From the human T2T-CHM13v2.0 reference genome, Homo sapiens: a stretch of DNA of 64,000 nucleotides. The stretch lies in assembly GCF_009914755.1 (NCBI RefSeq), contig NC_060933.1; one strand, 5' to 3'. Made by a program: the position numbers and the translations under genes. Below are positions 1-13,978 of this stretch, in pieces. Numbering within the stretch: position 1 is the first letter of the stretch; every line of letters begins with the position of its first letter. The notes beneath the pieces are model-generated. The model made no database searches, was not told where the DNA came from, and was given only the letters and a program-made list of their open reading frames with translations.

Positions 1-900
1 ACCATAAAAAAATCAATTACAGATGGATTGTAGATCTAAATGTAAAGGATAAATAAAGCTTTTAGAAGAAAATATTAAATGTCTTCATGAACTGAAGTGA
101 GCAAATATTTCTTGAAAGGGCATAAAAAACCATAACCGTAAGTGGAAATTTTGAAAAATTAACCTATTAAAATTAAGAACTCTTATTCATCAAAAGGGAA
201 CAATGAGAGTAGAAGACAAGTCACAAAGAAGAAACAATCAATATTTATATCTAGCCATATATCTACATCCAGAAAATATAAATAGCTCAACAAATCAATA
301 AAATGCAGACAATTCGATAGAAAGTAGGCCAAAAATATGCGCATCTATGACCTAGAAATCATATTCACAGATATATACAATAAGAATGTGTACATCTGTT
401 CACCAAAAGATATGTTGAAGAAAGTTTAAAATACAACTACTCGTAAAAATTCCAAACTGGAACTAACCAAATATCCATCAAAAAAAGGCTAAACTTTTCT
501 ACATATGTACAATGAAATCCTACACAGCAAGGAGAATGAACAGCTACATGTAGAGACACTATGGGTAAATCTCACAAATATCACAAGTCAAGTCCTGTAC
601 ACTGTGGTAGTCCAGGGTATTATGTTCTCACATGGAGTGTGAGAAGCCTAACACATAGAGTGCATTCTACCTGATTCCATTTCTATAAAGTGCAAACCCA
701 GGTATACGGTGTTAAAAGTTAGCATAGTGGTTATTTTCCATTTGGGCCTCATGATTGAAAGGAGGAATGGTGACACTTCTAAGAGGCTGACGAAGTTCTG
801 TCTTGTGATCTGGCACTGGTTACATTTTTTGTTCATGTTGGAATCCATAAAGTTTCACTTATGATTTGTGCACTTGTCTGTATGTATATTTGAATAGAAA
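1..900 (+). mobile_element. Old L1M (L1ME/L1MC-type) ORF2 3' part and 3' UTR fragment
   Basis: agatggattgtagatctaaatgtaaa..., aaactggaactaaccaaatatccatc, ctgattccatttctataaagtgcaaa resemble old L1 3' ends; boundaries approximate. Confidence 0.7.
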
Positions 901-1283
901 TAATGAAAATTACTAAAAAAATTCAGAGGGACTTCTACTTCCAACATCATGGCTAACTAAATATTTTGAAGAAAAGTCCTCCAAAGCAAATGCCAACACA
1001 CTGGATAAATCACAATGACTACTTTTTAATGCATTGCTGAGCTCACAGTAAAGTACAGGAAATCTGCATGGGACAGATAAAAACATACGAGATGTGATAC
1101 TTGAACTCTGAGCTGGTGCTATATTGAGGGCACACCTATCCTGGGGATTAAATTATGGCCCTGAACTACCACAGTTTACAAGACTTGACTAAATCAATCT
1201 CTCTCTCTCTCTCCCGACACCCCAACCTCCATGCCTCCCTTTCTCTCTCTCATTGATGAATCTTTGGGATAGAAAAGAAGTTA

Positions 1284-1614
<331 letters not shown>

Positions 1615-3989
1615 AAGTAGTTAAAATCCAACTGATGAAATACAAGAAATTTTCTGTGGAAAATAAGTTGACTTTGACTGCTTTTCTGTCCCAATTTTCC
1701 CTAAAATATATATTCTCTTGCTCTTCTCATTTTCTGACAGAAAATGGGCTTGCCCTCAGCAATCTTGCAGCTAGAATTCAACCCACCATGTGTAGACACT
1801 CTTTTTTTCCCTAACACCATTTAAGGTACCAGATGCTCTTCTGTTTTACTGATAAAGCTACCTATAGATACCTTATGTTCATCTAATTCCAAAAGAAAAT
1901 AATATTATAAAAGAGTTCTGAATTGGAACTCAGGAGGAAACAAAAAAGCACCTGGTACCCAGCGTGTCCACTGATTCCATGGTGCCCTCAAGCGTCGCTC
2001 TTTAGGCCTCAGTAATTTCATCTGTCAAATTTAATGAGTGGACACTGGTTTTTCTAGGTATTATGTTCATCAGCTTTGGAGTCAGGCAAACAAGGAACTG
2101 CCCTGTACTATGTAAGTAAATTGATAGAAGCATCCACTGAAACCCCACGTAGACTTTGCAAAGATGAAGCGTATCTGTGTGCTTGAAATGGAAAGACCTT
2201 TATGATGTACTGTTAAGTAACAAAGAGCAGAGCAGTATGAATGGTAGTTTATTTATAAAAGAAACATAGTGTGAATACAAAAATATTATTAATAGAATAT
2301 ATCTGCAGGGATCTACATAAATCAAGTTTCCTCTGGATTAAAAAGAGGTAATACAATGTTTCTGTATTGATTAACATGTGGATACATAACTTTTATAATT
2401 TTATAATCACAAAATTTAGTTAATTTTTTTTCAATGGCAGGCACAAGGCTGTAGTTAAATAAAATTTGGTTACCTTTACCATGGTGAACAGTCTAAGGAG
2501 CTACTGATTTTTATTATTTTCCTAAAAACTAAAAATAAAAATATTTGAAATTAGTAGATCGTATGACAAGGTAATAATACATGTATTTAAAAGCAAATAA
2601 ATTTTACAGTGAGTCTCATTTATTCAGGGATAGGTGGTGGTTAGGTATGAAATCAAGCTTGATCAGAAAAAGATTAGATAGAGATAGGAGAAGGACAAAG
2701 GATTTGGCCCTGTTGCCTTCTTAGGGAGAAGAAAGCTGACATAGGACTGGTAATAAATAGTACAGAGACGGAGCATGCCAAAGGACATTGTTAATGACAT
2801 GTTCCTGATTACAGAAGCAATCAAATAAATGTCCTGGGTAGAAAGATGTAGAAGCTATGAAAAGGAATGATGCATTTCTAATACAGGGTCTCAGACTGCA
2901 ATGGTGACAGGAAAGTAGGATTAAGTTACTCAAAACAAGGATTTTACTCTAATTGTCAAATTCAATTTAGGGTATGCAACATAAGGCATAGCAGTGAGGG
3001 AAAACATTTAGTGATGAGTTTTTCTGACCACTGAGGAACTATTTAATAGAATTCCATTTTTAGAGGCATATAGTCCAGGAAAAAAAACAGTTTTTCTAGT
3101 TATGAGATTGAATCAAATAATCGTCCTGTGCCCAGAGTGACATAACTCTAAAATGAGCCTTATTTCTCATAAGTGTCCCTGTTGCTAACTGCTCACAAAT
3201 TCTATGCTGGTTTATTGAAGGACTCTTGTGTCAATGCTGTCACTTTTGTCCCTTTGGCTCTTCATGAAACTACCCATTTTAGCTCTTTTTAAAGAACGTT
3301 CTTTTTTTCTCAGGTTTATTAGATCTCTAATACCCATCAGTTCTTGAATTCCTATCATCCTTTTTTCTTAAACCATGGTTTAGAGGAATACAGAGAATAT
3401 TTTCATAATGTTCAAGTAAAAAAAAATCTTTCTCAGCCTGTCAGGAAACTAAATAACCTCAAAAAGATGAAATATGGCAAATGGTAACATAGGGTAAATG
3501 GTAACAAATGGTAACATATTCCTAACCATAACTAACTCCAAAACTCTGAGCGGTCAAAAGCAATCATAATCTCAAGAAAAATAAATGTCTTTATAAACAG
3601 CAAAAGATCCTACAAGAAAACATGGGCAAGAAAATGCCTCAGTAAATTAAACCAAGAATGTAGTTGAAAATCTGAAAAACAATGACATCAGAATATGGAG
3701 AAATGATCTAATAAAGTAATTTGAATTAAAATTATGCTGTTGTCAAATTTCTATAATGTGAGAATGAAAATTTTAGAAGTATACATTATTAAACATAATT
3801 GAATGGCAATTTGTTAATACTACATATCAAAATTAAGATGTAAAATCTTTTAATCAGAATTAAACCTTAAGTATCCTCAGGTATAACAAGGAGTAAACAA
3901 CATCACTACCCAGCACCAGATTTGCATTAAGAGATGATACATTTAATGAAACCTTAGGAAGTAGTGAACCAAGTAAAGGCCAGCCAACG

Positions 3990-4350
3990 GGTGGCAGAGA
4001 CTGCTAGTGAGCACCCATGTAAACCCGCATTTTTCTCTACATGTTAAAGCCTTCCTGGACAAAGACTGGGGCTATGTGGCTGTGTTTTAGCCAATTACAT
4101 GTGGGCAAAAGTAATGTATGCTGTTTTTAAGCTTTACCTTAAGACATCTGCTCAGTCGTCCATTTTCTATCTACAGTGAACATGGAGTCCATATGCTGAT
4201 AGCATCAAGCAATGAAAATAACTTGAATCCTTGGCTTGTTAGACAGTTCCCAAGGAGAGCCACCTAACCTGAAGTGACTGTGATGTCATCCAGAATAAGC
4301 CTTTATTCTATTAAGCTATTGAGTTTTTTAGATTTATTCGAAATGTATGC
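3990..4350. mobile_element. Old ERVL/MaLR-class solo LTR (LTR16/MLT1-like)
   Basis: gtggcagagactgctag start; aataagcctttattctattaagctattgagt end typical of old class III LTRs. Confidence 0.45.
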
Positions 4351-4362
4351 AATTGCTTAGAA

Positions 4363-4550
4363 CAGTGCTTCTCAAACTTGAGTGGACATAAAAATTCTTC
4401 GGAGACCTTGTTAAAACCCAAGTTTCTGGGTGACTTCCTTAGAGATTTTGACTCAGTAGGTCTGAAGATGGTGAAATTGAGATTCTACATATGTAACCAA
4501 CTCCTGGGTATTGATGCTGCCAGTCCACAGACCACACCAGACTAAATATT
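4363..4550. mobile_element. MER5A (hAT-Charlie MITE)
   Basis: cagtgcttctcaaactt...gactcagtaggtctg...gatgctgccagtccacagaccacac. Confidence 0.85.
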
Positions 4551-5244
4551 CTGAATAAAATACTGGGGGTGGAATTAGATAACAAAATGTGTATATAAAA
4601 ATACGAGGTCTTGAGGTAGGATGGAAACTTAGGCTGACATGCACACGGAAATGAAGATGGGTGAGTGGAAAAAATTATTGTAAGCAAAAATGATGAGTCA
4701 AGATGATACAGAAAGTTCAAGCTGTGAACTTTGAGGTCAAATTGGCACCAAATCAAATTCCCAGAGCAAGCACGTGGCACTAGTTCAAAATTAGATGACC
4801 CACTAATATTTAATGGTATTGATGGAGTGCAGAATTTGTTCACAAATAGGACACATATGACTGCCAACACACCCACCTCCTGTACCTAGAGGTCTCCAGT
4901 ACAAATTGAACGAATTCTGAAAACTCAGAGAACAAGACATTTGTTATCAAGTGTAAAAGCTGCAGTGTGAATGGGCATTTTGATAGACTACTCCTGTGTG
5001 AACAGCCTTCCCTCCGTCTATAAATTAAGGCTGGAAAACGAAGAGGGAATCAGAGTATAATTATCTTTGTAGTCACCAGAGGCCTCATGTAGAAGCAGTG
5101 GTATACTCAATGGCAATGTTCACAGTGGGTGGGAATCAGAGACACACAGATGGACCTTACCACTGAGTGTGAAGAAAGTGTGACCAAAGTTCCATTTCCA
5201 AAATGAAACCCTATATCCCAATCATAATGTATGGTAGAAGCCGT

Positions 5245-5380
5245 GTATGGTGATGTTCATGAGTGGGGCTTCTGGAGCCAGATGATCTGTGCTCCAGTCA
5301 ATCCTAGTCTACCACTTGTTATCTTAGTGATCTAGGGGCAAGTTACATTTCTCCTATTCCTCAATTTCCTCATTTACAGT
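5245..5380 (+). mobile_element. MIR SINE fragment
   Basis: ctggagccaga...ggggcaagttac...cctcaatttcctcattta MIR core. Confidence 0.75.
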
Positions 5381-5496
5381 ACTGTTTGCTGAAAAAAAAA
5401 AAAACTGTAAACTAGAGTTTGATAGAGAACTAGACACTAATTTTTTTAAAAGAATGAATTAACTATGTATATATTGATAAGAAAAACTCTCCAAAA

Positions 5497-5668
5497 CAGG
5501 TTGACAACTATTGCCTGTAGGCCATATCTGGCTCACCACCTGTTTTTTAAATAAAGTTTTAGTGGAATACAGCTATGCTCATCCATCTATGTATTGTTTA
5601 TGGCTACAGAAAGGAAGCCTAAAATATTTATTATCTGGCTATTCAGAAAAAAAGTTTGCTGAGCCCTG
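5497..5668. mobile_element. MER58A (hAT-Charlie MITE)
   Basis: caggttgacaacta...aaataaagttttagtggaatacagc...aaaaaagtttgctgagccctg termini. Confidence 0.85.
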
Positions 5669-6221
5669 CTGTAAGGTATTAGGCTAAACAATAAAAGTAA
5701 TGAACATCTTGTATTGTTTATGCCATTAATGTGGTAAAAAATACATGTATATGCAAATGTAAAGAATCTCTATGGATTCAGAAAGAAAAATGAAAAAATT
5801 ATGATGTGCACTCTTCTCTCCCCTCTTTAGTATCTTTTGAATCTTTTGCCATGTAACACAAATTATATATACGTATAAAAAGCATTATGCATGCATAAAC
5901 ATTAATGTTCAGTTAAACACAGACATATACAGAAATAGCACAAGTGTTGTACAGCCAGATTAAACCATTTGATAGAAGTTCCATTTATCAGCAATTTGGC
6001 TATATTAAATTATGCAGGCAATTGATCTAACTGATCACTCTCACTGATTATTCTTCCATTAGGAAAATTGATATTCAAAATCTTTCTATCTATAATAGAA
6101 CTGCTTAGTTTTGCTACATCTTGAGTTTTAAAACCACCTTAAGAATTTCCAGTGTCATCTCTTCATTAATATTATTGTAAATTTGGAATACTGTTTTATA
6201 AATATTCTGTTCCTGATAACA

Positions 6222-6621
6222 ACTTAGTTGATTCCCACTGTTCTAATAAAATACCTTAGACTTAGCAATTTATAAACAATAGAAATGTATTGCTTACCAT
6301 TCTAGAGGCTGGGAAGTCCAAGATCAAGGCACCAATAAATTCAGTGTCTAATGAGGCTGCTCTCTGCTTCCCAGATGGCACCTTGCTGTTGTATCCTCAC
6401 ATGGTGAAAGGGGTGAATGCTGTGTCCTCTCATGGCAGAAGAGTTGAAAGGACAAGGAAGCTCTCTGAAGCCTCTTTTATAAGGGCATTAATCCCATTTA
6501 TAAGGGTGGAGCCCTCATGGCCTAATCACTTCCCAAAGGCCCCACCTTTTAATACCATCAACTTGGGGTTAATGTTCCAACACATGAATTTTGGAGGGAC
6601 ATGTACATTCAAAAAATAGCA
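6222..6621 (-). mobile_element. MaLR solo LTR (MSTD/MLT1A-like)
   Basis: ttctagaggctgggaagtccaagatcaagg, cctcacatgg, catgaattttggagggac...aaatagca. Confidence 0.85.
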
Positions 6622-6769
6622 ACCACTTTCTAAAATCTCTAAGTACTTCTATGTGCTGTCCCAATAACGCCAGGGAAAAAACTTGATCGTGGTGTTCTCA
6701 GTCCTTCTTCATGTCTAGTTCCTGAGCTTCAAGTTCTGAAAAGACTGCTCCAAACCCATGTATGAGAAA

Positions 6770-7120
6770 GGCTTGACTGGCTATGTTGTAGTATAAACAA
6801 CCCTGAAATTAATAACTTAACAATATTTATTTCTTGCTCATACTACATGTCCAACTCTGGCCAGGGCACTCTGCTCCATGCAGGCACTCAGAGACCCAGC
6901 ATGACAAAGGCTCTACTATCTTGTGGCTTTACTGTATGGAACATGCAGTCTCAGTTGCTGTGTTAGGGAAGAGTGCACTCGAGGGCTGGACACTGACTTT
7001 TAAGTGTTTGAACTCAAAAGTGACATTGGACACCTCTGCCTACAGCGTAGCAGCCAAAATTAGTCACAGGGACCCAACTAATATTTTGAACAAGGAAGTA
7101 CCAATAATAATACTTTGATC
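6770..7120 (-). mobile_element. Old MLT1-family MaLR LTR
   Basis: aaacaaccctgaaatt...aatatttatttcttgctcatactacatgtcca...actcagagaccca. Confidence 0.55.
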
Positions 7121-7300
7121 TCTAATAATACCTTGGTCCAGTTTCTCAAAGTTTTTGCTATTTTCATAGTTTTCACTGTTGAAACACTGTCAGTTGACAT
7201 AAGCAGTTTTACTATATAATTCTAAGGCCTACATAAATTTGTCCAGCAAGGGAAAAACGTAACTTGACTGCAGAAACCTATGGAGACTAATACCTAGAGC

Positions 7301-7410
7301 ACTGTTTCTCAATGACAGCTGCACACAAGAATTAGTGAGAAGCTTTAAAAACTACTCTGTCTGAGCCACCCGTAGAGTCTAATTCAATTGATCTGGATTA
7401 AGGGAGCCCA
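7301..7410. mobile_element. MER5-family fragment
   Basis: ctgtttctcaa...cagctgcaca...agagtctaattcaattgatctgg. Confidence 0.55.
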
Positions 7411-10019
7411 GTATATCTTATGACGCCTCCCTACCTTTTCTCTCACTGAGAGGGTGGGAGTTTATGTTAAAAAAAAAAAAAAAACTCATATCCATAAATG
7501 TTCAGATCCTTTTAGTTTAAGTCATTAAAACTTTAGTCATTTATAAGCTCCTGGGTTTACGAACTTCTTTAAGTCAGATATTAGGTGCTGATAGTAGAAC
7601 TTCAAAATAAAAAGATGACTGTTCCCCCATTTACTGTAAAGTTGATTAGAAGGTAATACTGGTTAACTTGTTTTAACCTGTTTGAGATTCACCAAATTGA
7701 AGTTAAAATAAAATATATGAGTCTTATTAGAGAGCTCGCTTAGGAATTCATTTCCCTAAGCATTCAGTAGGTGACATTAACTTTATTAATAATTTTCTGA
7801 GCTCTAAAATGCTCCATATGAGAAAAAGAAATATATGAGAATTGTTAACTGTGAGATCATCAGCCTATAACTTCATTGAATATGACTCATATACAAATTG
7901 GTTAAGTTACTTCTGCAAATGGTATTCTTGATGACTGTTCATAAAGCCTAGTGGCCTAAATAAGATACTTTTGAATAAAGCATCAGCCTCTGGTCATGTA
8001 TCTAATTTTATTTAGGTTAATTTCACTTTAATCTACATATAATTATCCTTTTTCACATTTTTCTACTAATCTTTACTCTTTCTGAGGCATTCTTTAAACC
8101 ACTGAAAGATAAGATACTATTATATTCCTTGAATGACATGCTTTTCTAAGAAAAACTTTGAATCAGTAAAGGAAAAAGGTTGATAACTTCAATCACATTA
8201 AATCAAGGAACAAAATTAAAAAAAATTATGGCAAGAAAGCAAGATAAATAAGTTCGAAAAACATTTTACAGTATATATGTCACATGAATTACACAAAACT
8301 CATAAAATTAATCGAAAAACAATACAATTAATCAGAAAAAAACAAAATGAGTGAAAATAGTTTTTAAATCCTCGGTGGGACAAAAATAACATTTATAACA
8401 TTTATAAATCCATAGAGGACTTATAAATTTGACATATAAATTTCAAATTTGTTGAGGCAAGTCTAACCACAAAACAATTAAAAATTCTACCATTAACAAT
8501 GAAATCAAAAAAATGAAAACCTACTAGAAAATTGGATAAAAGCATAATGTTAACGCATATAAGAATAAAGATAAATGCTAAATAAGGTTATAAAAAATGC
8601 CAACCTTTTCAATTACTAAAGAATTAAGTAGACTTTTAACTTTTAAGACTGGCAAAGATTTAAAATTAATAAAATTCAGTATTGCAGGGAATGTAAACTG
8701 ATATTTTTTGGAAAACAATTTGTGAATAACTACCGAAAACTTCACTTGTCTTTTAACTACCAATTTCAGTACTAAGAATTATAAAAACAATATACTTGAG
8801 TTGGTAGATATACGTTTTAGGGCATGCACTGCAGAAATTCTATAGGTCCACTCTTGGGAGCAATTTGTATTTCAAAATTATTTTATGACTTTAGAAAGTC
8901 TACATGGTGTGCGTGCACATGTGCACGGCTGTGTGTGTGTTATGCAGTACTATCAGAGGCATTCAGGGAAGCATTTCATCACAAAACAACATTAATATTT
9001 CTAAATAGGAATATATGAATATTTGCATGAAGTGGAATAAACACAGACAGTAAATAGTTTTAGGTGAGTTCTGGTGAGTTTCTGACATCAAATGACTTCA
9101 GGCTAGCTTAGTTTCAACCTCTAAATTAGTGAAAAAGAGACATTTAATTTTAAGTGCTTTTGGGGTTTCAAAATTGAAAATAAGGGACTATGGACCTAAA
9201 TTATTTAAAAACCTGAAAACTAAACTAATAATTATCTTAAATTGATGATTCTCCCATAATAGATCTACTAAGGAATCATTTTAAGCAGTGATAGAATTAA
9301 CGTTAAAATATAAATGCCTAGGATATATGATAAAGTGAGAAAAAGAACAGCAACGTTATCCATTTCTTTTGTGCAACAAAATTTCTGGTGATATTTCCTT
9401 TCTGTTGAGAGAAATAATGCAAGACTTAAAGGCTACTGGGAGGGGACATGCAGATTTTATACATTGCCTGGGGTCCTTTTTTGAAACTTGACTTCTTCCT
9501 CTTCTTATAAATATCATCTATTACCTATAGGTAATAAAACTTGTTAGAATGCATAAAGATGCACCTGAATGACCAAAGTTGTGTGACAACTGGGGATAAG
9601 GATATCATCTACACGAAGATAGAAAGAGAGAAGATCAGGAGCTAGACTTTGCAGAGTCAGGTGACGAAGATAAATGGAACCTCAGTCACACCTAAGATTC
9701 CTATTTACAGGGCTGTTGTCTAATGGAATCTAAAGATCTGTGATTTGAAAGGCTCAGGGCACTGTAAGGCTCAAATTACCTAATAAACAACAACAACAAA
9801 AAAAACTGCAAATAAAGTACAAAAACACTGAAAATTTTAGAAGCAAGTCAAAACCTAAGAAAATCCATGCATGCATGAAAGGATATGTAACAATACTTAA
9901 ACATTTTTAATGTTTCTTTTCTCTGTGTTTCATTTAAAATAGTTTCTATACCTATGTCTTCAAATTCATATAAGATGCCTAATCTCTCTCGGCATAAGGG
10001 ATTTGTATATTAAAACTAC

Positions 10020-11760
10020 AGTGAGGAGTTTCATTTCCAACCAGGATGGAATTCTGGAAGCAGATTTGTGCTCCCACCTGAAATAAGTAAAAATGGAGAA
10101 AGTATGTGAAACAATTTTCAAGACACTGGACATTACACAATGAAGGACAGTGATCCATAATAGATGAGAAACAAACAAGCTGAGCCCTTTGGCAGCCCCA
10201 ACTGAACTACTTTTGGAGCTTCTAAACTATGGCGCTGGGATAAGAAACCAGAGTACAGCCCTGCTGATTGCTTGAATAGGGCAAATGGAGCTGACAAACA
10301 TGAGAGATCAAGGCTAGAATTCTCAGGACAGAGTATCAGAGAGAGAAAAAAGCTGCTCAATGAGAGAACTGCAGAAAGCTTCAGGTGTCTCCCTTAGGCA
10401 CTTTCCTCACATGTAATTTAAAATATCCTCATTCTTCAGTAACTTGACTTTCTTTTTCCAGCTGTTTCTGATAATTTTTTCCCCTTCTCACCAATATTGA
10501 ACAATTTGTTTTTTATTTGAGTTGGTGCCTTTTTTTTTTTAACTTTTTTATGTTCGAGTTTCATTGATCTTCTTGGTTTTGTGGATTTATGATTTTCATC
10601 AAACTTGGAAAATTTTTGACCATTATTTCTCCAAACATTTATTCTATCTCCCCTGCTCCTCTGCTCCTGTGACTTGTATTTTAGGGTTTTTGAAGTTGCT
10701 CCACAGCTCACCGATGCTGTTCATTTGTTTATTTGTCTGGATTTTCTTTTTCTTTTTCTTTTTCTTTTTTTTTTTTGAGTTTCATTTTAGATGATTTACA
10801 CTGCTATGTTTATAAATTTTACTTTTTTTTCCTTTTTCAATGTCTAATCTGTCATTAATCCCATCTTTTGACTTTTTCTTCTCAAACATTGTATTCTTCA
10901 TCTCTAGAAGTTCGATTTACGTCTTTTATATATCTTTCATGGTTCTTAATTTCTGAACACATGAAGTAGTGTTATCTTAATGTCCTTATCTGTTAACACT
11001 GACATTTGTCAGTTCTAAGTAAGTTTCAATTGATTGAATTTAGTAGCCTATGAGTCATATCTTCCTGCTTCTTTTTCTGTATGGCAGTTTTTTATTAAAT
11101 GCCTGACACTGTGAGTTTTATACCTTGTTATTCAAAATCACTTTGAATTAAGTAAAACTAAAAAAAAATAGGACATCAAAATGTGTGGGATGCAGCTAAG
11201 CAATATTTAGGGGGAAATTTACAGCACTAACACCCTTAGGAAAAAAAGAAGTTCTCACATTAATTGTCTCAGTTTCTACCTTAAGAAACCAGGAAAACAT
11301 GATTAATTAAACCCAAAGGAGAAGCAAAGAAATACTGAAAGTCAAGACAGAATGAATAAAATACAAATTACAAAATATCAATTGAACAAGAAAGCAATGC
11401 AGTATTGATAAATGCAACAACATGAATCAATCTTAAAACAATTACGCTGAGTAAAAACAACTGGGCCAACAAAAGAGTACATACTATACTACGTAAGATT
11501 ACAGAAAATGAAAAAAAGTCTGTAGTGACAGCACATCAGTGGTTGCCTGCATGTGGGGAAACTGTTAAGATTAGAGTTAGGGAGAACAGAGTGCCAAGAA
11601 GTACAAAGAGTTCAGAGGAAATCTAGAGGGTTGATGGATATGCTCATTATTTTATCATCATTAGAGGTTCAGTTATATACATATGTCACAACCCATCAAA
11701 TTGTACATTTTAAATATATGCAGTCTATAATGTGTCAGTTATTTCTTAATAAAGCTGATC
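10020..11760. mobile_element. Old L1M (L1MD/ME-type): 5'UTR (+, ~10020-10410), ORF1 (-, ~10420-11130), ORF2 remnant and 3'UTR (+, ~11130-11760)
   Basis: ttcaagacactggacat 5'UTR motif; reverse strand aagaagcaggaagatatgactcata and gaaataatggtcaaaaattttccaagtttg (ORF1-like); caaaatgtgtgggatgcagctaag (ORF2 LWDAAK-like); catcaaattgtacattttaaatatatgcagt 3' end. Confidence 0.7.
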
Positions 11761-12254
11761 CTAAAAACTCTGCACTGGAAAGCAAATGACAAGTGACGTG
11801 TGTACAAGGTTATTCTGCATAAAGTATAAAAACAATAAATTCAATGCAAACTTTATGTCTAGGAACAGAGGACTTGTTAAATTACGTTCATCCAGTTCTG
11901 CAGAAAGAAAACACAATGTCTTTATGCATGGCTATGAAACAGTCTCCATGACATACTGCTGAGAATACACGTATACACACACATCCCCCTCAAAAATAAA
12001 AACAAATTCGTAACAGCGTGTATTGTATGCTTCTATTTTTGTAAAAAAAAAAAAAGGCAAGGAACATTTGCTATATCTGGAAAGTGTATATATAAACATA
12101 CAAAAAGTTTTATTAGCAACAGCAAGGTGACATGAATGGCTAAAAGACAGGGAAGAGAAATCAATTTTTTATTCTATATATTACCTTTACCTTTCAATCT
12201 TTGAAACATGTAAATGTCTTACATATTGTTAAGAGCCTAAGCAAAATGTATCAT

Positions 12255-12420
12255 AGTGATTACTGAGCTATGGAGTCAGATAGCTTGTGCTGTGTGACTT
12301 TGGACAACTTAGTTAAACTCTCTATCTCTTAATTTCCTTTAAAGTGAAACAGATATACTGATGGTGTCTTGTCATAGGCTGTTCGTAAGTAGTAAATAAC
12401 TCTTATAATAGAACCTCCCA
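12255..12420 (+). mobile_element. MIR
   Basis: tggagtcaga...gctgtgtgactttggacaacttagttaaactctct. Confidence 0.7.
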
Positions 12421-12847
12421 CATGGTAAACATACACTATACCACTGATATTACCAATGTTATAGGTTCAGTTAAACCTGGCTGGTTGCTAAAGAGGACTG
12501 CCTGTTTAAAATTCACAAGTTATAGAATATTAAACAAACATCTGCATATTGATTCATCTTATTTGCATCTCTTTTCTCACACTAAACTGACTTGCAAACT
12601 CTAGAAAGCAAGCCCAATGTTTATAGGAGCACATCCATTGTTTCAAATACATGGTACTTCAGAAGTAGCTGAGGGCTGTTAAAAAAATTTGTCATCGTTC
12701 CCATTCTAAAGAACCATACAAAATGTTGCCATTATGGATTATGCAATCTATTGTTAATATAGTCTAAGTAGGTAAATACAAATATAAATTTTTTTTATGT
12801 TTATGTGTGTATATGTGTGTATATGTATATACAATTTGGTAATATGT

Positions 12848-13218
12848 TGCTACATGGTTTGAATGTCCCCTTAAAAACTCATGTTGAAATTTAATTGCCA
12901 TTATGATGGCAATTAAAAGAGGTGGTTAGATTATGAGGGCTATGATTAGATCATGAGGCCTCTGCCCTCAGAAGGATTAATGCCATTACCACTGAAGTGG
13001 ATTCCTAATGAAAGGATGAAATTTAGCCTCTGTCTTCTCTCTGTCTTGCACATGTTCTTTTGCTTTTCCAATTCCTGCTGTGATGCATCAGGAAGGCCCT
13101 TACCAGTGCAATGCTCTTAGACTTCCCAGCCTTTAGAACTGTAAGAAATAAATCTCCATTTTTATAAATTGCCCAGACTCTGGTATTTTGTTATAGCAGC
13201 AGAAGATGGACTAAGATA
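12848..13218 (+). mobile_element. MST-family MaLR solo LTR (MSTB/C-like)
   Basis: tgctacatggtttgaatgtcccc...ttgttatagcagcagaagatggactaagata; 5-bp TSD tatgt at 12843-12847 and 13219-13223. Confidence 0.92.
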
Positions 13219-13978
13219 TATGTCAAAAGTAGTTACTTTTCCCAATTCCCCACCATGGCATCCAATGGCGATTTCTATCAGAGATGACTTTTATATGGTT
13301 TGAAATATAGCAATTAAAATGTATGCAAATGTCCCACAGGTTGTTTGTAGAGCAAAATTTGCTGTGTACCTGCTGGATGCCAAATAATTTTGTATTTTAC
13401 TTCTATTTTGTAGGACATATTGATATAATGAACAGCATTCCTCACCTATCAGTGAAGAAGGCAGTTCAGAGAGTTTAACTGATTTGCCAATGATCACAAG
13501 GCTCACTTAGTAGGAACCAATAACTGAATATGTATATAATGGTACCAAAGTTACAGTACATTGTATCATAAAAAGTTATTTATATCTTCTCCTCTTCACT
13601 TTCCCAACATGTAAAATACAAATAAGAGTTCAAATATAATTGACGAATTCTAAGAGGAGTGAGCAGATCCCATTCCTGGTTTATAAAACAAAACAAACAA
13701 AAAAATGAGGGGCCTGGAGAGTAGACCGAGTTTACGGAGCAGGTGACTGGCACCATGTTGCCTAACACCCCCTCTTCTTTTTCTTTGAACTGCATCATAT
13801 TCTCTGTCTTCCTTTTGATCTTGAAAACGCCAAATAGAATCCCAGAACCCCAGAATCTCAGACAGAAAGGCCTGTTTCTGCATTACCCATTTTTTGAAAA
13901 CGCCTTTGAAACAAATGTTTCCTACATGATTAGTGACACACTGATCATTCTAACATTATGAAGCAAGAAATATATGGC

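Noticed and set aside
4439-4876. Longest ORF (145 aa)
   Set aside because: Partly overlaps MER5A, no recognisable domain, composition typical of chance ORFs in AT-rich DNA
8905-8940. 16-bp perfect palindrome cgtgcacatgtgcacg in a purine-pyrimidine run (also 9-bp hairpin at 46873-46893)
   Set aside because: Expected from decayed (TG/CA)n microsatellite or chance; too short to imply function
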